A DNA stretch of 61,525 nt, from assembly GCA_903961095.1 (NCBI GenBank), contig CAJCDH010000034.1, positions 1 through 61,525 of the forward strand, in the 5' to 3' direction. Source of the stretch: an uncultured Burkholderiales bacterium. Its GTDB lineage: Bacteria > Pseudomonadota > Gammaproteobacteria > Burkholderiales > Burkholderiaceae_C. The notes beneath the pieces are model-generated. The model was not told the origin of the DNA and did not search any database. It worked only from the letters and a program-made list of their open reading frames with translations. Both the position numbers and the translations under genes were made by a program. Shown piece by piece: positions 43,919 through 54,268 of this stretch. How positions within the stretch are numbered: position 1 is the stretch's first letter; every line of letters starts with the position of its first letter.

Positions 43919-44917
43919 TCAATCGTTTAGATGACAGGCGGCTTGGTGTTGATCACCAACAGATTTCAAAACAGGCTCTTCAATTCGGCAGCGCTCAGTA
44001 GCCTTTGGACAGCGGGGATGGAAATGACAACCACTGGGTCGGTTGACAGGATTAGGAACATCGCCGGTGAGAACGATGCGCTTTTTCTTGGCCGTGGGGT
44101 CAGGGATGGGCACCGCTGACAGCAAGGCTTCTGTGTAAGGATGCTTGGGCTGCGTATACAGTTGACGCGATGGTGCAATTTCGACAACGCGGCCCAAATA
44201 CATCACTGCAACACGGTTGCTAATGTGCTCTACAACCGACAAATCGTGGGCAATGAACAAATAAGTCAAACCCATCTTGGCTTGCAAGTCTTCTAGCAAG
44301 TTGATGACTTGGGCCTGAATAGAAACATCGAGTGCCGACACGGGCTCATCACACACGATCAACTTTGGCGACACAGCCAAAGCACGAGCAATGCCGATTC
44401 GCTGTCTCTGACCACCCGAGAACTCATGTGGGAAACGCTTCATGTGATCGGCGTTCAAGCCGACGGTTTCTAACAACTCAACAATGCGAGCGCGATAGGT
44501 TTCAGGCGTTGGGGTCAGTTTGTGAATGGTCAGAGCTTCACCAATAATGGCTTCGACGGTCATGCGCGGATTCAGAGATGCAAATGGGTCTTGAAAGATA
44601 ATTTGCATGTCTCGTCGAACCTCACGCAAAGCATCAGAGCCCATGGTCGTGACGTTTTGACCATTGAATTTGACTTCGCCAGAAGTTGGCTCAATCAAGC
44701 GAAGGATACAGCGTCCTGTGGTTGATTTACCGCAGCCCGACTCTCCCACCATGCCCAGAGTTTCACCAGGTGCAATGTCGAAGTTGACGCCATCGACGGC
44801 ATGAAGACGATCAACTTCACGCCCAAAGATACCGCCTTTGATTGGAAAGTACTTGGTCAGTCCTTTGACTTCTAAAAGCGGCGTAGAACTGGAAGACATT
44901 GATTGCGTATCTGACAT
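43919..44917 (-). CDS. Oligopeptide ABC transporter ATPase (OppF/DppF-like)
   Basis: [16 protein letters not shown], and C-terminal [12 protein letters not shown] motif. Confidence 0.94.
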   Translation of the reverse strand: MSDTQSMSSSSTPLLEVKGLTKYFPIKGGIFGREVDRLHAVDGVNFDIAPGETLGMVGESGCGKSTTGRCILRLIEPTSGEVKFNGQNVTTMGSDALREVRRDMQIIFQDPFASLNPRMTVEAIIGEALTIHKLTPTPETYRARIVELLETVGLNADHMKRFPHEFSGGQRQRIGIARALAVSPKLIVCDEPVSALDVSIQAQVINLLEDLQAKMGLTYLFIAHDLSVVEHISNRVAVMYLGRVVEIAPSRQLYTQPKHPYTEALLSAVPIPDPTAKKKRIVLTGDVPNPVNRPSGCHFHPRCPKATERCRIEEPVLKSVGDQHQAACHLND

Positions 44918-44922
44918 TTGAT

Positions 44923-45903
44923 TTAGAGAGAGAAGTGGCAAGCCACTAAATGGCCAGTCGAAATTTCACGAAGTTCTGGCATTTCTTGCGTACAACGATC
45001 GCTGGCGTATTGGCAGCGCGGGGCAAAACGACAACCCTTGGGCGGATTGATCAATTTGGGGACAGAGCCGGGTATGGCTTCAAGCCGTTGTTTGTGATCG
45101 CTGTCAAAATCTATACGCGGTATTGAACGAATCAGACCTTTCGTATAGGGGTGGGCAGGCGAAGCAAATAATTTTTCGACGCTGGCCTCTTCGACCACAC
45201 GACCGGCATACATCACCACAACCCGCTGAGCGGTCTCGGCAACCACGCCCATGGCGTGCGTGATGAGCATGATGGACATGCCCATTTGCGATTTCAAATC
45301 GTTTAACAAATCTAAAATTTGCGCTTGAATGGTCACATCCAAAGCGGTGGTGGGTTCATCGGCAATGAGCAATTTGGGTTTGCAGGCCAATGCCATGGCA
45401 ATCATCACACGCTGCCGCATACCACCAGAAAATTGGTGCGGATAATCATGCAGTCGCTGGTCAGGCTTTGGAATATTGACCAAGCGCAGCATTTCTGTGG
45501 CTTTCAACAGCGCTTGTTTGGGCGAGAGACCTTCATGCAGGCGAAGCGACTCGGCAATTTGTTCGCCAACGCTCAATACCGGATTGAGCGAGGTCATGGG
45601 CTCTTGAAAAATCATGGCAATTTCTTTGGCTCGCAAATTGCGCATGGTTTGCGCATCTGCTTTGACCAAGTCTGTACCCTCGAACAAGATCTGACCGTTG
45701 GCAATTCGTCCGGGCGGCATGGCCAAGAGTTTCATGATGGTCATGGCAGTGACACTTTTGCCGCAACCAGACTCACCCACTACGCCCAAGGTTTCACTCC
45801 GGTCGATGTGGAAGTTGACGCCATCAACGGCATGCAAAACACCGTCGTCGGTATCAAAATGAACTTGAAGGTCTTTAACTTTCAACAAGGGGTTGGTGGA
45901 CAT
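44923..45903 (-). CDS. Oligopeptide ABC transporter ATPase (OppD/DppD-like)
   Basis: [27 protein letters not shown] and GCRFAPRC. Confidence 0.94.
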   Translation of the reverse strand: MSTNPLLKVKDLQVHFDTDDGVLHAVDGVNFHIDRSETLGVVGESGCGKSVTAMTIMKLLAMPPGRIANGQILFEGTDLVKADAQTMRNLRAKEIAMIFQEPMTSLNPVLSVGEQIAESLRLHEGLSPKQALLKATEMLRLVNIPKPDQRLHDYPHQFSGGMRQRVMIAMALACKPKLLIADEPTTALDVTIQAQILDLLNDLKSQMGMSIMLITHAMGVVAETAQRVVVMYAGRVVEEASVEKLFASPAHPYTKGLIRSIPRIDFDSDHKQRLEAIPGSVPKLINPPKGCRFAPRCQYASDRCTQEMPELREISTGHLVACHFSL

Positions 45904-45915
45904 CCAGAAATCTCT

Positions 45916-46854
45916 TTAAAGCACGCGGCGTGGATCGTAGGCATCCCGCAAGCCGTCGCCAATGTAATTGATGGTGAGCACAGTGATGAAAATCAAGGCT
46001 CCGGGGAATAAGGCCCAGTGAACCGCCACATCCATGTGATCTTTGGCGTCGAACAAAATGCGCCCCCAAGTAGGAATGTCTGGTGGGAATCCAAGGCCTA
46101 AAAAAGACAGAGTAGATTCTGCAATGATGGCTGCAGCCACATCAATGGTAGCCGCCACAATGACCGGCCCCATGGCATTGGGCAAGATATGCACTGTCAC
46201 TTGTCGCCAAGGACTGGCCCCCAAAGCGCGCGCCGCTTCAACAAACTCTTTTTCACGCAATGTGAGAAATTGGGCCCTGACCAATCGGGCAACGGGCATC
46301 CAACGCAAGCCGCCAATGACGGCAACAACCAAGATAAAAACGCCTGCCTCGGGCCCCACTAATTTTTTCAAAGTGTCGTTGAACAAATAAAAAATTAACA
46401 GCAGCAAAGGCAACTGTGGCAAGGACAAGAACAAGTCCGTGATCCACATTAGGAACACATCAACAGGCCCCTTTGACATGCCAGCCACGGCACCTACAAC
46501 CACTCCCACGCTGATGGCAATCAGCATCGCTGCCAAGCCTACAGCCAAGGAGATACGGCCGCCGTAGAGCACACGCGCCAAGATGTCTTGCCCCAGATCA
46601 TCGGTGCCCAAAGGATGGGCCCAGGATGGGCCTTGCATGCGGGCCGTGAAATCAATTTCATTGATGGGCACTCGCCAAACAAACGGTCCTAGCAAAACGG
46701 CCAACACAATGAAGCCTAAAACAATGGTGCAAACAACGGCCAGTTTGTGGCGTTTAAACCGACGCCACGACTCGCGTCCTGGCGACTGCGCTGACGACTT
46801 GGCCGCCATGGCCTTGTTGTCAGTTGAAGGAGATGCGAGGGTCGAGCCAGCCAT
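45916..46854 (-). CDS. Oligopeptide ABC permease (OppC-like)
   Basis: 'WRRFKRHK', 'HPLGTDDLGQD' and 'EFVEAARALGA'. Confidence 0.94.
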   Translation of the reverse strand: MAGSTLASPSTDNKAMAAKSSAQSPGRESWRRFKRHKLAVVCTIVLGFIVLAVLLGPFVWRVPINEIDFTARMQGPSWAHPLGTDDLGQDILARVLYGGRISLAVGLAAMLIAISVGVVVGAVAGMSKGPVDVFLMWITDLFLSLPQLPLLLLIFYLFNDTLKKLVGPEAGVFILVVAVIGGLRWMPVARLVRAQFLTLREKEFVEAARALGASPWRQVTVHILPNAMGPVIVAATIDVAAAIIAESTLSFLGLGFPPDIPTWGRILFDAKDHMDVAVHWALFPGALIFITVLTINYIGDGLRDAYDPRRVL

Positions 46855-47779
46855 ACAAAATATCTGCTAAAAGATTACAAGCAATCACCAAAGAGGAGAA
46901 CACAAAGGTCACCGCCATGACCACCGGAGTGTCATTGGCCAGCATGGAGCTGATGATGAGAGAACCAATACCGGGGACACGGAAAATTTGCTCTGTCACA
47001 ATGGCGCCGCCAAAAATGGCAGGCATTTGAAGCGCGACCAAGGTGACAACGGGAATGAGTGCATTGCGCAGAACGTGCTTGGTAATGACAACTTTTTCTG
47101 ACAAACCTTTAGAGCGTGCCGTGGTGACATAGTCCAAGCGAATGACGTCGAGCACGGCAGAGCGCACATAACGTGTCCAAGCGCCCGCTTGAAACAAGCC
47201 CAGTACCGTGACCGGCATGATCATTTGCTTAAAGTGCTCCCAGAAAAAACGCCAACCTGTATCGGGAATGTCTGCCCTGTAAACAAACGGCAACCAATCA
47301 AGGTGAATGCTGAAAAACAAAATAAGCAAAATACCTGTGAAAAATGTAGGCAATGAAAAACCAATGAAAGCCAATGTACTGGCAATTTGGTCAAACAAAG
47401 AGTAAGGCCTTGTGGCCGCATAAACGCCCACAGGAATCGCAATACAAAGTGCCAACACCTGAGAAGATCCGATCACCAACAAAGTGACCGGAATACGCTG
47501 CATGATGAGCGTTTCGACATTGATTCGACTGATGAAAGAATAACCCCAGTCGCCCTGGACCATGGCCGTCAGCCAGTTCCAGTAGCGGACCATGAGAGGA
47601 TCATCCAACCCAAACTTCGCCCTTAAGGCCAAGGCCACTTCGGCGGGAATGTTTGGATTGGAAACCAACTCAGAAAAGGGGTCGCCTGGCGCCAGCGCCA
47701 AAACAGAGAACAACACCAAGCTGATGCCCAAAAGACTGGGCACGGCGATCATCAATCGCCGTAGAACGTAACGAAACAT
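46820..47779 (-). CDS. Oligopeptide ABC permease (OppB-like)
   Basis: 'YVLRRL', 'FGLDDP', 'DYVTTARSKGL' and 'LDPRI'. Confidence 0.94.
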   Translation of the reverse strand: MFRYVLRRLMIAVPSLLGISLVLFSVLALAPGDPFSELVSNPNIPAEVALALRAKFGLDDPLMVRYWNWLTAMVQGDWGYSFISRINVETLIMQRIPVTLLVIGSSQVLALCIAIPVGVYAATRPYSLFDQIASTLAFIGFSLPTFFTGILLILFFSIHLDWLPFVYRADIPDTGWRFFWEHFKQMIMPVTVLGLFQAGAWTRYVRSAVLDVIRLDYVTTARSKGLSEKVVITKHVLRNALIPVVTLVALQMPAIFGGAIVTEQIFRVPGIGSLIISSMLANDTPVVMAVTFVFSSLVIACNLLADILYGWLDPRISFN

Positions 47780-47788
47780 ATAGCTTGA

Positions 47789-49579
47789 TTACGTGTTTTT
47801 GTACCAGTCTTTCAACAGCCACAAATCGTTGTCCCAACCCGACAAAGGTGCAACCAAACTGTGAACTGCAGCCGAGGTACGGGGCCGGTAAACCACAGGG
47901 ATGATGGCAATGTCGTTGACGGGTAAGTCGTTCATCTTGACAAACAAAGCAGCACGTTTGACAGGGTCCATCTCGGATTGGGCAGCCAAATAGGCCTTGT
48001 CATATTCAGGGTTGCTGTAGCGGGTTGAATTTCGGCCCAGCCATTTATTGGCTTTGCTAGCAAACTCAGTGCTCAGGTACTGGTTCATGAACACCTCAGG
48101 ATCTGGCTGAGGCATGGTGGTGGTAAACATTTGCATGTCTGCAAACAGTTTGGTGTAGGTATCTGGATTGGCGGGGTCTGAAGAGAAGTAGACCGATGCG
48201 GGCACCGCTTTCAACTCCATGTCAATGCCAGCCTTTTGCGCGGCTTGCTTGATAATTTGCTGTGTTTTCTGACGCGGTCCATTGATCGAAGTTTGGAAAA
48301 CCAGCTTGAGTTTTTTGCCACCTTTTTCACGGATGCCATCGGCGCCTTTTTTCCAACCCGCAGCTTCAAGCACTTGGGCTGCCTTGTCTGGGTTGAACTC
48401 AAATTTTGTATTTTTGGAGACAAAGCGCTGTGGGTTGTTCAAGAAGTTGGCAGTTGCAATACCGGTACGGCCATAAATGAACTTTTGCACACCGTCGCGG
48501 TCGACACACAAACTGATGGCTTGGCGAACTGCAAATTCTGACAAGATGGGGTGCTTGGATTTGGGATGCGAACGCTCGCCTTCTGTTTCAGTCCAGGGAT
48601 CGGCCATGTTCAGCTGAATGAACTCAATGTTGCCGCCAGGGACAATGCTGGTTTTGCCTTTACCGCCCTGCTCTAAACGCATGAGAAGCTCGTCTTCAAC
48701 TTGCAAGTTCCAAGCGTAATCGTATTCACCTGTTTGCAAGACAGCGCGTGCAGCAGACACGGCATCGCCGCCGCCCTTCATTTCGATGCTGTCAAAGTAG
48801 GGGCGATTGGCTTCGTGGTAGTTGGTGTTGATCACGCCGCGCAACATGTCACCCGGTTTGAAATCAACAAACTTGTAAGGGCCAGTGCCAACGGGCTTGA
48901 GGTTGGCAGGCGCATCGCGAGATGTCGCACCTTTGTAAGCCTCAAAAATGTGCTTAGGAATGATCATGCCAGCGGCGCTGACCAAGGGGTCTGCCCAAAA
49001 TGGCGAAGCCTTAAGGTACTCGACCCTAACAGTGTGGCTGTCTACCTTGGTGATCTTCACGTCTTTGTAGGTATTGCTGGTGTAAGCAGAAGTGGCAGGA
49101 TCGGCGGCATAAGCAGCGGTAAACACGACGTCGTCGGCCGTGAAAGGCTTGCCGTCGTGCCACTGAACGTTTCTCTTGAGTTTCCAAGTGATTGTTTTGC
49201 CATCTCTGGATACGCCACCATTGGCCGTTGTGGGCACTTCTGCCGCCAAGATGGGGACCAAGTTGCCATCGTGATCCCATGCGCCCAATGGCTCGTAAAA
49301 GATGCGTGAGCCTTCTTGGTCTTTGGTTCCACTGGCAAAGTGGGGCTGAAGCAAAGTGGCTCCTTGCCACCAAAGCACCTTAAGGGCACCGCCACCGCCA
49401 CGTTTGGTGGGCTTGTATGTCGAAGCAGTTTGGGCTTGAGCCAAACCTGATGTGAGCAGCATTTGAGCTGCCATGGGCACTGTCAAGCCAGCGCCAATCA
49501 TGTGGCGAATAAACTGTTTGCGGCTGATGCCATTGTCGCGAACTTGATCGATCAGACCGCGGATTTCACTTTCGTTCAT
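47789..49579 (-). CDS. Peptide ABC transporter substrate-binding protein, family 5, with Tat-like signal
   Basis: AGGAGAG SD before ATG 49579, 'ISRKQFI' signal, 'WHDGKPFTADDV' and 'PVGTGPY'. Confidence 0.93.
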   Translation of the reverse strand: MNESEIRGLIDQVRDNGISRKQFIRHMIGAGLTVPMAAQMLLTSGLAQAQTASTYKPTKRGGGGALKVLWWQGATLLQPHFASGTKDQEGSRIFYEPLGAWDHDGNLVPILAAEVPTTANGGVSRDGKTITWKLKRNVQWHDGKPFTADDVVFTAAYAADPATSAYTSNTYKDVKITKVDSHTVRVEYLKASPFWADPLVSAAGMIIPKHIFEAYKGATSRDAPANLKPVGTGPYKFVDFKPGDMLRGVINTNYHEANRPYFDSIEMKGGGDAVSAARAVLQTGEYDYAWNLQVEDELLMRLEQGGKGKTSIVPGGNIEFIQLNMADPWTETEGERSHPKSKHPILSEFAVRQAISLCVDRDGVQKFIYGRTGIATANFLNNPQRFVSKNTKFEFNPDKAAQVLEAAGWKKGADGIREKGGKKLKLVFQTSINGPRQKTQQIIKQAAQKAGIDMELKAVPASVYFSSDPANPDTYTKLFADMQMFTTTMPQPDPEVFMNQYLSTEFASKANKWLGRNSTRYSNPEYDKAYLAAQSEMDPVKRAALFVKMNDLPVNDIAIIPVVYRPRTSAAVHSLVAPLSGWDNDLWLLKDWYKNT

Positions 49580-49725
49580 GGTGCTCTCCTGAAAATTTAA
49601 ATGGACTTTGTAAAAACATCTCACACACTAACTCTAATCTATAAATCAAACATTAGGGTTTTGCTTTAGATGGACTGCGCATAAACTAATTTCTTTCTAC
49701 AAAAGATTCAAAAAAGGGATCCTTC

Positions 49726-50907
49726 ATGGCTATCAAGAAAAGAATCGTCCAACTACCCAGCATGACCCCTGGCAGTCATCGCACTGTTTCTGTGCTCAGT
49801 TTTGGCAAAACTGGTGCACGACCCAAGGTCTACATGCAAGCGGCTATTCATGCCAACGAAATGCCTGGCACCATGGCGCTCCACCATTTGATGCCTATGC
49901 TGGCCGAAGCCGACAAAAAGGGCTTGATCAAGGGAGAGATCATTTTGGTGCCAACGGTCAATCCCATTGGGCAGTCACAACTTGTAGGCAATTCTCATGC
50001 CGGTCGTTACAACCACCTCAGCAACGAGAACTTCAATCGCAATTGGATTGATTTGTCAGAGCCCGTGGCGCAGAAAGTATGGAAAAAAATTGGCGCCAAT
50101 CCTGAAGCCAATGTGAAGCTGATTCGCAAGGCCGCTTTAGAAGCTTTGAAAGAAATGAAGCCAGCCAATGAACTTCAAACGCTGCGCGTAGAAATGCAAA
50201 AGCTCAGTACAGATGCCGATTACGTACTCGACTTGCATTGCGATATTCATGCTGCTCTGCATTTGTTCACAGCTCACAATGACTGGCTCAAAGGGCCTAC
50301 CGGCCCCTTAGGCAATGCAGGCGCAATACAAGCCTTGGCTGCAGATCTTGGCGTCGAGGCCACCATGTACAACGACCCCTACCCCAGCACCCTCACCTTT
50401 TCAGGGGTGAACAGTGCATTGTGGGCGCGCTTGCAAAACAAATTTCCAAAGGCTCATATTCCCCAAGCCTGTATGTCGGTCACGCTTGAAATGCGCAGTC
50501 AGCACGACGTGAGCGATGCATTGGGCATTTCTGACGCAAAAAACATTTACCGCTGGTTGGTCAGGCAAGGTGTGGTTGGTGGAACAGTCGCCCCTCTGCC
50601 TAAAATGAAAAGTGCTGCATCGCCCATCAGCGGCATGGACGTAGGTTATAGCAAGGGCACAGGCTTTTTGGTGTTCCATGTTAAACCGGGCGCCAAGGTC
50701 AAAAAAGGACAAGCCATATGTGATGTCATTGACCCAGCCAACCCCAATGGACCCAAAGCCCGCACCACTTACACCAGCCAAACTGATGGCATTTTGTTCT
50801 CACGCAGGCTGGATGGCTACCTGTCGTGGCCAGGTCAGGTGATGTTCAGAATTGCTGGGCCCAAGCCCTTGGCACACCGTCTGGGCATGTCGGGCTTGGA
50901 TGACTGA
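49726..50907 (+). CDS. Succinylglutamate desuccinylase/aspartoacylase (M14-like) family hydrolase
   Basis: IHANE, NFNR, DLHCD and TLE motifs, plus a C-terminal biotinyl/lipoyl-like segment. Confidence 0.88.
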   Translation: MAIKKRIVQLPSMTPGSHRTVSVLSFGKTGARPKVYMQAAIHANEMPGTMALHHLMPMLAEADKKGLIKGEIILVPTVNPIGQSQLVGNSHAGRYNHLSNENFNRNWIDLSEPVAQKVWKKIGANPEANVKLIRKAALEALKEMKPANELQTLRVEMQKLSTDADYVLDLHCDIHAALHLFTAHNDWLKGPTGPLGNAGAIQALAADLGVEATMYNDPYPSTLTFSGVNSALWARLQNKFPKAHIPQACMSVTLEMRSQHDVSDALGISDAKNIYRWLVRQGVVGGTVAPLPKMKSAASPISGMDVGYSKGTGFLVFHVKPGAKVKKGQAICDVIDPANPNGPKARTTYTSQTDGILFSRRLDGYLSWPGQVMFRIAGPKPLAHRLGMSGLDD

Positions 50908-50916
50908 AAGACAAAC

Positions 50917-51423
50917 TTAGATTTTTCCCAAATAATCAGACTTGCCAATTTCGACACCACCGGCGCGCAGCATGCTGTAAGTGGTGGTGGTGTGGAAATA
51001 CAAATTGGGCAAGCCATGGCCCAGTAAATACTGCATGCCCTTGTAATGGGTTTCTTTCTCGCCCCGCTTCACCACAATGTCTTTGTCTTCTGTGCCGTCA
51101 ATTTGCTCGGGCTTGAAGGTTTCTAAAAAAGCAATCGTTTTGGCAATGCGTGCTTGCAAATCTTTCAAATCTTTTTCTGTGTCTTCATGGGCTGGAATGT
51201 CTACGCTTGCCAACCTTGCAACAAGTCCTTTGCAAACATCGCATGCAATTTGAACTTGCCGGCTTAAAGGAAACATATCGGGGTAAAGCCGCATCGAAGC
51301 AAACACGGTGGGGTCTATTTTTTTAGCTTCAGCATGAGCTTGCGCCTTGTCCAAAAGATGCGACAAGTTAATCAAGCCATTGATCAAACGGGGCACGCTG
51401 GCTTGGTACATGGAAATGGTCAT
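50917..51423 (-). CDS. DUF1993 family protein
   Basis: 'SMYQASVP', 'RLYPDMFPL..QVQIACD', 'LPNLYFH' and 'GK.DYLG'. Confidence 0.9.
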   Translation of the reverse strand: MTISMYQASVPRLINGLINLSHLLDKAQAHAEAKKIDPTVFASMRLYPDMFPLSRQVQIACDVCKGLVARLASVDIPAHEDTEKDLKDLQARIAKTIAFLETFKPEQIDGTEDKDIVVKRGEKETHYKGMQYLLGHGLPNLYFHTTTTYSMLRAGGVEIGKSDYLGKI

Positions 51424-51465
51424 AAGTTCTCCGGTTTAAAAATTGAAAATGAGGTTTGAATTTGT

Positions 51466-52653
51466 TCAAGCCGCTTCGAGGAAGCGCTCTACAAGACGCG
51501 TCCAATAAGCAGCGCCATAGGACAAATTTTGATCGTTGAAATCGTATTGAGGGTTGTGCAACAAGGCACTGTCGCGGCCATTGCCTAGCCTTAAAAAACA
51601 GCCGGGCTTGTGCATGAGGTAATAGGCAAAATCTTCGCTGCCGGTGACCGGGCCAAATGGGAAAACTACCTTGTCTTCTCCAACCAGTTCTACGGCAACT
51701 TGGCGCGCAAATTCAGTTTCAGCGGCAGCATTGATGACGACTGGATAGCCGCGCTCATAAATGATTTCGACCTCGCCCCCATAGGACTCAACCTGCGAGC
51801 GAACCAAACTGGTAATCCTCTGCTCTAACAATTCACGCACCTCTGGACTGAAAGAGCGAATGCTGAGCGATAAGCTAGCAGAATCAGGAATCACATTGGA
51901 CACACTGCCAGCATGGGCTGTGCCAATGGTGACCACCGATGTTTGCAAGGGATCGATGTTGCGTGAAACCACGGTTTGCAAAGCCATGATCAAGCTGCCC
52001 ATGATGACCACGGGGTCGACTGTTTGATGGGGTCTGGCGGCATGCCCACCCTTGCCCTTGACTTTGATATAGCAGGTATCGGATGCAGACATGAAGGCAC
52101 CTGCGCCAAACATGAAAGTACCAACGTCAACACCCGGGTGATTGTGAATTCCAAAAATAGCATCACATGGAAAACGCTCAAACAAGCCATCTGCAATCAT
52201 TTGTTGGGCACCACTGTTTTTACCCGCTTCCTCTGCGGGCTGAAACACCAGGTGAACCGTGCCCTTGAAATTTCGAGTTTTGGCCAATTGCTGAGCGGCA
52301 CCCATCAACATGGCCGTGTGGCCATCGTGCCCACAAGCGTGCATGGTGCCAGAGTGCACACTGGCGTATGGCTTTTCAGTTTCTTCCTGAATGGGTAGCG
52401 CATCCATGTCGGCGCGCAAGGCAATACCTTTGCCATCACCATTTTTTAAACTTGCCACCAGCCCATGGCCCCCAACATTGCGTGTGACCTCATAGCCCCA
52501 AGCTTGAAGTTTGTCGCCAACCCACTGAGCCGTCGATTTTTCTTGGAATGAGAGTTCAGGAAAGCGGTGCAAGTGGCGTCTGGCTTCACTCAAGGATTCC
52601 TGAGCATCCAGCAGATCGGTCAATTTACAAAAACAATCGTAACGCGCATTCAT
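51466..52653 (-). CDS. M20 aminoacylase / hippurate hydrolase family amidohydrolase
   Basis: PELSFQE, RADMDALP, MHACGHDGH, FQPAEE and SEDF motifs. Confidence 0.93.
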   Translation of the reverse strand: MNARYDCFCKLTDLLDAQESLSEARRHLHRFPELSFQEKSTAQWVGDKLQAWGYEVTRNVGGHGLVASLKNGDGKGIALRADMDALPIQEETEKPYASVHSGTMHACGHDGHTAMLMGAAQQLAKTRNFKGTVHLVFQPAEEAGKNSGAQQMIADGLFERFPCDAIFGIHNHPGVDVGTFMFGAGAFMSASDTCYIKVKGKGGHAARPHQTVDPVVIMGSLIMALQTVVSRNIDPLQTSVVTIGTAHAGSVSNVIPDSASLSLSIRSFSPEVRELLEQRITSLVRSQVESYGGEVEIIYERGYPVVINAAAETEFARQVAVELVGEDKVVFPFGPVTGSEDFAYYLMHKPGCFLRLGNGRDSALLHNPQYDFNDQNLSYGAAYWTRLVERFLEAA

Positions 52654-52695
52654 GATGAGTCCTTTGAGATGGTGTTAAGGGCCGAGCGCTAGAGT

Positions 52696-54087
52696 TTAAT
52701 TCGCATGAGGGGTGTTGCCGGCACCCAAATCCCAATAAAGGCCTGTCATGACTTGCAGGGCCTCTTTCAAAAGTTCTGACGGCAGGTGCTCATTGGGTGC
52801 ATGTTGAGAGCAACCAGGGTAGGAGTGTGGTACCCAAATGGTCTTCAAACCCAAGACATCTGTGAAGATGTCGTTTGGCAAGGAGCCGCCTAAATTGGGC
52901 AGAATGGCGGGTGTTTTTTGAGTTGTCTGCTTCAATGAGTTGGCAGCCCAAGTGACCCAAGCATCGTCGGGGTCAATTCGGGTGGCTTTGAATATTTCAT
53001 CGCGAGCAGCCGTAATTTGGACATAGCCAAATCCATGTCGATCCAAATGTCGCCTCAAGGCATCCAAGATGTCGGTGCTGTCAATGCCCACCACAAATCG
53101 CAGTTGGCATGTGGCTCTTGCCCTAGGTGGGATGGCATTCACTGGGTTGTCGGGATTGCCCGTCTTGAAGGCCAACACTTCAAAAGAGCACCAGCCAAAT
53201 ACGCGCTCTGCCGGGCTCAGACCTGGTTGACCCCAGTCAGGTTCAATTTGAGGACCATTGGCACCACCGTCGACTTCGCAGTCGGCCAAAACACGCCTGA
53301 CCGCATCTGGCAATGCCTTGGGCTTCCATTCAGGCACCAGAATTTCGCCGTGGTCAGTGACCAAGCAGGCGATGACATGCGCCAATTGAATGCCTGGGTT
53401 TGAGATCAGCCCGCCCCAATTGCCAGAATGGTGAGCGCCCGCCCTTGCCTCAATGCTGAGATCAAAATTGAGACAGCCACGAGACCCCAAGAAGATGGTG
53501 GGACGATCGGCTCTGAGTCGAGGTCCATCTGAGGCCACCAACAAATCTGCCTTGAACAAATCGGCATGTTCTTCGCAAACATCTTTCAATCCAGGAGAGC
53601 CTGTTTCTTCGCCCATTTCAATGATGAACTTGGCATTGAATCCCAAGCAGCCACGCTCAGCCAATACACAGGACAAGGCTTTCAAATTGACGGAATGTTG
53701 ACCTTTGTTATCGGCAATGCCGCGGCCATACCAACGACCGTCATGTTCGGTCAAATTCCAGGGTGAAAGACCTTCACGCCATTCCGACTCCAGCCCTCGA
53801 ATGACATCGCCATGGCCATAGCCCAAAACGGTTGGCAATTCGGAAGATTCAAGTCGCTCGGCGTATAAAAATGGGGCCTTGGCCTTGGGATGCTCTATGA
53901 GGCGGCATTGAAAACCCATCGACAGCAATGCTGGCTGCAACTCTTCTGTCAAATAAGCCAAAAGTTCAGCAGATCGAGCTGGGTTTTGGCTCTCTGTGGG
54001 CCTTGAAATTCTTTGTCGAAGAACTGCCTGAAACGAGCCATTGTCAAATTCTGCAGTAGCTCTTTGGATTGCTGCTTGTCGGGTCAT
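52696..54087 (-). CDS. M20 family metallopeptidase
   Basis: YGHGDV, GRGIADNKGQH, GEE and QHAPNEH motifs. Confidence 0.9.
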   Translation of the reverse strand: MTRQAAIQRATAEFDNGSFQAVLRQRISRPTESQNPARSAELLAYLTEELQPALLSMGFQCRLIEHPKAKAPFLYAERLESSELPTVLGYGHGDVIRGLESEWREGLSPWNLTEHDGRWYGRGIADNKGQHSVNLKALSCVLAERGCLGFNAKFIIEMGEETGSPGLKDVCEEHADLFKADLLVASDGPRLRADRPTIFLGSRGCLNFDLSIEARAGAHHSGNWGGLISNPGIQLAHVIACLVTDHGEILVPEWKPKALPDAVRRVLADCEVDGGANGPQIEPDWGQPGLSPAERVFGWCSFEVLAFKTGNPDNPVNAIPPRARATCQLRFVVGIDSTDILDALRRHLDRHGFGYVQITAARDEIFKATRIDPDDAWVTWAANSLKQTTQKTPAILPNLGGSLPNDIFTDVLGLKTIWVPHSYPGCSQHAPNEHLPSELLKEALQVMTGLYWDLGAGNTPHAN

Positions 54088-54205
54088 CTTCAATTCAGTC
54101 GATTTAAAAAATGTCAGACTACCTCAAATTGCGACATTCGCCTTTAAATGTCTGTACAAACACTCACAAGCTGACGCAAAATGAACGTGAAACGGATTAA
54201 TTTCA

Positions 54206-54265
54206 AATCAACAATTGGTTAATCAACCTATAGTTGATAAACAACCAGTTAAATAACAAATAGTT
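54206..54265. repeat. Four tandem 15-bp units, each N4-AAC-N5-GTT (probable operator array)
   Basis: aatcAACaattgGTT / aatcAACctataGTT / gataAACaaccaGTT / aaatAACaaataGTT, ending 3 nt before the cupin ATG. Confidence 0.75.
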
Positions 54266-54268
54266 CAT

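Noticed and set aside
49674-49701. ACTGCGCATAA-ACTAAT-TTCTTTCTACA as a dif site
   Set aside because: The left arm resembles a XerC site, but the right arm departs strongly from the highly conserved XerD arm TTATGTTAAAT.
54206-54265. 15-bp array as a CRISPR array or plasmid iterons
   Set aside because: The units are too short, have no unique spacers, and have no cas or rep gene nearby. It is kept as an operator candidate instead.
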